Assembly: GCA_051418015.1 (NCBI GenBank)
Contig: JBPRGF010000033.1
Location: 320,001 to 384,000, forward strand
Direction: 5' to 3'
Length of the DNA: 64,000 bases
Source of the DNA: Candidatus Nitrospinota bacterium M3_3B_026
GTDB taxonomy: Bacteria; Nitrospinota_A; UBA7883; JBPRGF01
This document shows positions 60,927-64,000 of this stretch, piece by piece (position 1 is the stretch's first letter; each line of letters starts with the position of its first letter). The notes beneath the pieces are model-generated. The model was not told where the DNA came from. It did no database searches and was given only the letters and a program-made list of their open reading frames with translations. Both the position numbers and the translations under genes were made by a program.

Positions 60927-62291
60927 TCAGGATATGTTGTGTTCTTTCATCTTGCGCCAGAGTGTGGCGCGATGCACCCCCAGGAGCCTGGCGGCCTGGT
61001 TCTTTCTCCACCCGGCCCGGTCGAGGGCGGCGATGATGCGGGCCTTCTCGTCGGCGATGTCGTCCAGCCCTTCTCGCGCCTCCCGGGTGGCTGAAAAGCC
61101 GCGGGCGATCTCCTCGGGCAGGTCTTCCGGCTGGATCAGCCCCTCTTCACGCAGGGCGAAGGCGTGGGCGATGGCGTTCTCCAGCTCGCGGACGTTGCCG
61201 GGCCAGCGATAGCGGGTCAAAAGTTTCAGAGCCTCGGAAGAGACTCCCGTTATGGCTCTTCCCGTCTCCTTCCGGCCCCGTTCGATAAAATTATCCACAA
61301 GGAGTCTTATATCCGCCGCCCGCTCCCGCAACGGGGGCAGCTCTATCCGCACAACCTTAAGGCGATAGTAGAGGTCTTCCCTGAAAATCCTTTGAGTTAC
61401 AAGGTCTTTTAGTTTACGGTTAGTGGCGGATATTATCCTGACGTCCACCTTCCGCGGCTGCGTGTCGCCAAGCCTTTCGATCACCTTGTCCTGGAGGACG
61501 TTCAGGAGCTTTATCTGGGTGAGGGGAGGGATGTCGCCTATCTCGTCGAGGAAAATCGTTCCGCCCTGGGCAAGCTCGAACCGCCCGACGCGGTCGCGCA
61601 ACGCTCCGGTGAAGGCTCCTTTTACGTGGCCGAAAAGCTCAGAGTCCAGCAAGGACTCCGACAGCGCCGCGCAGTTGACCTTTACGAAGGGGCCGTCTCT
61701 CCTGTTCGATCCGTTGTGTATGGCCTCGGCCACCAGCCCCTTGCCGGAACCGGATTCTCCCTCGATCAGGACCGGCGCGTCGGATCGGGAGACCTTTTCG
61801 ATAAGGCTGTAGACCTCCCGCATTCCGGCGGTTCTTCCGACAAGCTTGTGATAAGCAGGGCCGCCGTCGAGCATTTTGCGCAGCTTCTGGGTGTCGGAGA
61901 TGTCGTGGATTATGAGGATGGCGCCCCGGTCGGCCCCGTCCCTGTCCCGCAGGATCGAGGTGGAAAGGATCACCGTCCGCTCGTCCCCGGCCCGGTCTTC
62001 GAACTTGAACGAAAAATTCCTGATCGGCTTCTTTTTGCGGACTGACTTGAGCAGGATGTCCTTTATCTCCGAGAACATCTCCTCGCAAAAGCACTTCCGC
62101 CCCACCACGTCCTTTTTTCTTACACCAAAAAAGCTTTGGGCGGCCTCGTTCAGGTTCACGACGGTCAGCTCGTTGTCCATCGATATGATCCCGTCGTAGA
62201 CGGAGTTGAAGACGGCTTCAAGGTTTTCTTTAAGGGCGAGGCAGGAGTCTATCTTCTCCCTCTCGTCAAGTATGAGCCTGGTTTGCGACAT
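60927..62291 (-). CDS. Sigma54-dependent activator (PAS, AAA+, Fis HTH)
   Basis: PAS (DGIISMD..NEAA); GESGSGKG, ELFGH.KGAFTGA, FLDEI, FREDLYYRL, WPGNVREL, AARLLG..RATLW. Confidence 0.95.
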   Translation of the reverse strand: MSQTRLILDEREKIDSCLALKENLEAVFNSVYDGIISMDNELTVVNLNEAAQSFFGVRKKDVVGRKCFCEEMFSEIKDILLKSVRKKKPIRNFSFKFEDRAGDERTVILSTSILRDRDGADRGAILIIHDISDTQKLRKMLDGGPAYHKLVGRTAGMREVYSLIEKVSRSDAPVLIEGESGSGKGLVAEAIHNGSNRRDGPFVKVNCAALSESLLDSELFGHVKGAFTGALRDRVGRFELAQGGTIFLDEIGDIPPLTQIKLLNVLQDKVIERLGDTQPRKVDVRIISATNRKLKDLVTQRIFREDLYYRLKVVRIELPPLRERAADIRLLVDNFIERGRKETGRAITGVSSEALKLLTRYRWPGNVRELENAIAHAFALREEGLIQPEDLPEEIARGFSATREAREGLDDIADEKARIIAALDRAGWRKNQAARLLGVHRATLWRKMKEHNIS

Positions 62292-62469
62292 TTCTTCAGC
62301 TATTCCAGCGACACCGCATCAGTGTAAACTTTAAAGGCGCATATATAATATCATGATATTACGCGATGTAGCCATCGAAGCGCCGCTCAGGAACAGCATT
62401 AACATACGACGCAGGGATGTAGCCACAAAACAGTCTCTCACGTAGCGGGTCTTGACAAAAAGGTTGAAA

Positions 62470-62498
62470 TTGACAGGGCAGGGCGGCGGTCTTAAACT
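62470..62498 (+). promoter_or_regulatory. Sigma70 promoter of miaB, probably leaderless
   Basis: TTGACA-17-TAAACT, 7 nt before ATG 62506; no SD. Confidence 0.68.
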
Positions 62499-62505
62499 TC
62501 GAAAC

Positions 62506-63819
62506 ATGGAAAAGCGCAAAAAACTTTCGATCATCACCCTTGGTTGCCAGATGAACAAGCACGACTCGGAGTGGATATCCGGTCTGCTGGCCGACGGGTA
62601 TGACTACACCGACGATCATTCGGAGGCGGACTTGCTGGTGGTGAACACCTGCACGGTCCGGGAGAAGGCGGAGAGCAAGTTCTTTTCGCTCTTGGGCAGG
62701 CTTCGTCCCCTGAAGCTGGCCAGGCGGGATATGGTCATAGGCGTCGCGGGTTGCATCGCGCAGGATCAGGGGGAGAGGATCGTGGAGCGCGAGCCGATGG
62801 TCGATCTCGTCTTCGGGACCCGCGCCGTGGCCAATGTGCCGATGATGCTCGAGAGGCTCGAGGAGACCGGCCGCCCGCAGGTGGACACCTCCGACGCCGC
62901 CGGGTACGACGAGTTCCCCATGCGGCGGGAGTCGGCCTTCGCAGCCTGGGTCTCCATCATGCGCGGGTGCGACAACCATTGCTCCTACTGCATCGTCCCC
63001 CACACCCGCGGCCCGGAGCAAAGCCGCCCGCCGGAGAGCGTGCTCAGGGAGGTCGAGGAGCTTGCGGACAGTGGTTTCAAGGAGATAAACCTGCTCGGCC
63101 AGAACGTCAACAGCTACGGCCGAGGACTCAGGCAGGCGGCCGGTTTCCCGGAGCTTTTACGGATGGTGGACGCCGTCGGCGGAGTGGAGCGGGTAAGGTT
63201 CGTCACGTCCCATCCCAAGGACCTTTCGGACGGCCTCGTAGACGCCATGGCCGAACTCAAGACCGTCTGCCCGGCGCTGCACCTGCCCATACAGTCCGGC
63301 TCCGACAGGATATTGAGCCTCATGCGGCGCGGCTACACGGCTGATCACTATTTTTCGCGGGTGGAAAGGCTCAGGGAACGCATTCCGGATATATCCCTGA
63401 CGTCGGACATGATAGTGGGTTTTCCCGGCGAGACGGAGGAGGATTTCGAGAAGACCCTGGAGGCCGTCCAGAGGGCGGAGTACGACAACATTTTTCTTTT
63501 CAAATACTCCCCCCGCCCCGGGACGGAGGCGGCGGGGCTGCCGGGCAGGGTCGCCCCCGAGGCGGCCCAGGAGCGATTCAACGCGGTGATGGAGCTTCAG
63601 AAAAGGATATCCGCCGAGCGCTACGCCCGCTGGGCCGGCCGCGAGGTGGAGGTGCTGGTTGAGGGGCCGAGCAAGAAAAACCCCGAGCGGTACAGCGGAC
63701 GGACGCCGGGCAACCTGGTGGTCAATTTCAACGCGGCGGAAAATTTCACAGGTGAAACCATTCGTGTTAATATCGTCAAAAGCGGCAGGTACAGCCTGGA
63801 GGGCTCCATAGGGTCATAA
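62506..63819 (+). CDS. miaB: tRNA i6A37 methylthiotransferase MiaB
   Basis: TLGCQMN..DS, NTCTVREKAE, GCIAQ, CDNHCSYCIVP.TRG.E.SR, TSHP, TRAM. Confidence 0.95.
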   Translation: MEKRKKLSIITLGCQMNKHDSEWISGLLADGYDYTDDHSEADLLVVNTCTVREKAESKFFSLLGRLRPLKLARRDMVIGVAGCIAQDQGERIVEREPMVDLVFGTRAVANVPMMLERLEETGRPQVDTSDAAGYDEFPMRRESAFAAWVSIMRGCDNHCSYCIVPHTRGPEQSRPPESVLREVEELADSGFKEINLLGQNVNSYGRGLRQAAGFPELLRMVDAVGGVERVRFVTSHPKDLSDGLVDAMAELKTVCPALHLPIQSGSDRILSLMRRGYTADHYFSRVERLRERIPDISLTSDMIVGFPGETEEDFEKTLEAVQRAEYDNIFLFKYSPRPGTEAAGLPGRVAPEAAQERFNAVMELQKRISAERYARWAGREVEVLVEGPSKKNPERYSGRTPGNLVVNFNAAENFTGETIRVNIVKSGRYSLEGSIGS

Positions 63820-63837
63820 CGGAAGGAAAGCGCCGCC

Positions 63838-64000
63838 ATGAGTGAAAACGAGGACAGGGTGGAGATGAAGGTCGAGGGTCTTGTTTTCGACCCCCTGACG
63901 AACACTCCGATAATAATCCTCAAGGATTTCGACGACGACAGGTCGCTGCCCATATGGGTGGGATACCCGGAGGCGACGGCCATAGCGCTGGAGATGGAGG
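63838..64000 (+). CDS. Bifunctional nuclease family (DUF151), truncated by window end
   Basis: MSENEDRVEMKVEGLVFDPLTNTPIIILKD...LPIWVG.PEA.AIAL; AAGGA RBS. Confidence 0.85.
   Translation, partial: MSENEDRVEMKVEGLVFDPLTNTPIIILKDFDDDRSLPIWVGYPEATAIALEME

Overview
GC-rich bacterial chromosomal window, mostly core genome, with about 55 protein genes and no tRNA, rRNA, CRISPR, phage or transposase recognisable. Gene order suggests a Nitrospinota or deltaproteobacteria-like lineage (inference only). In order: the end of a copper-efflux cluster (CusA, CopA, YHS mini-protein, Met-rich secreted protein), a B12 radical SAM enzyme, TerC, pcm, the mtaB-DUF62-mltA-DUF503-rbfA-truB block, a NarX-like hybrid kinase, yifB, rplU-rpmA-obgE, ispF-gltX-cysS-rlmB, an unusual UDP-GlcNAc cluster, a methanofuran-type MfnD/MfnF pair, aspS-gltX-thyX, a type IV pilus block, dcd, ilvBNC-psd-pssA-mgtE, sspB, a diheme lipoprotein plus diguanylate cyclase, cytochrome c peroxidase, a ClpX-like ATPase, a ZnuA-like protein, a sigma54 activator with trxA, miaB and DUF151. 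The best lead for an undescribed system is the amino-sugar cluster. GlmU is split into two stand-alone halves with intact motifs, and a third, full-length GlmU-like protein has substitutions at key residues of both active sites and sits directly before glmS (candidate pseudoenzyme regulator). The second lead is a complete sigma54 enhancer module driving trxA, whose terminator loop is complementary to the trxA ribosome-binding site. All product calls come from motif recognition by eye; no searches were run.
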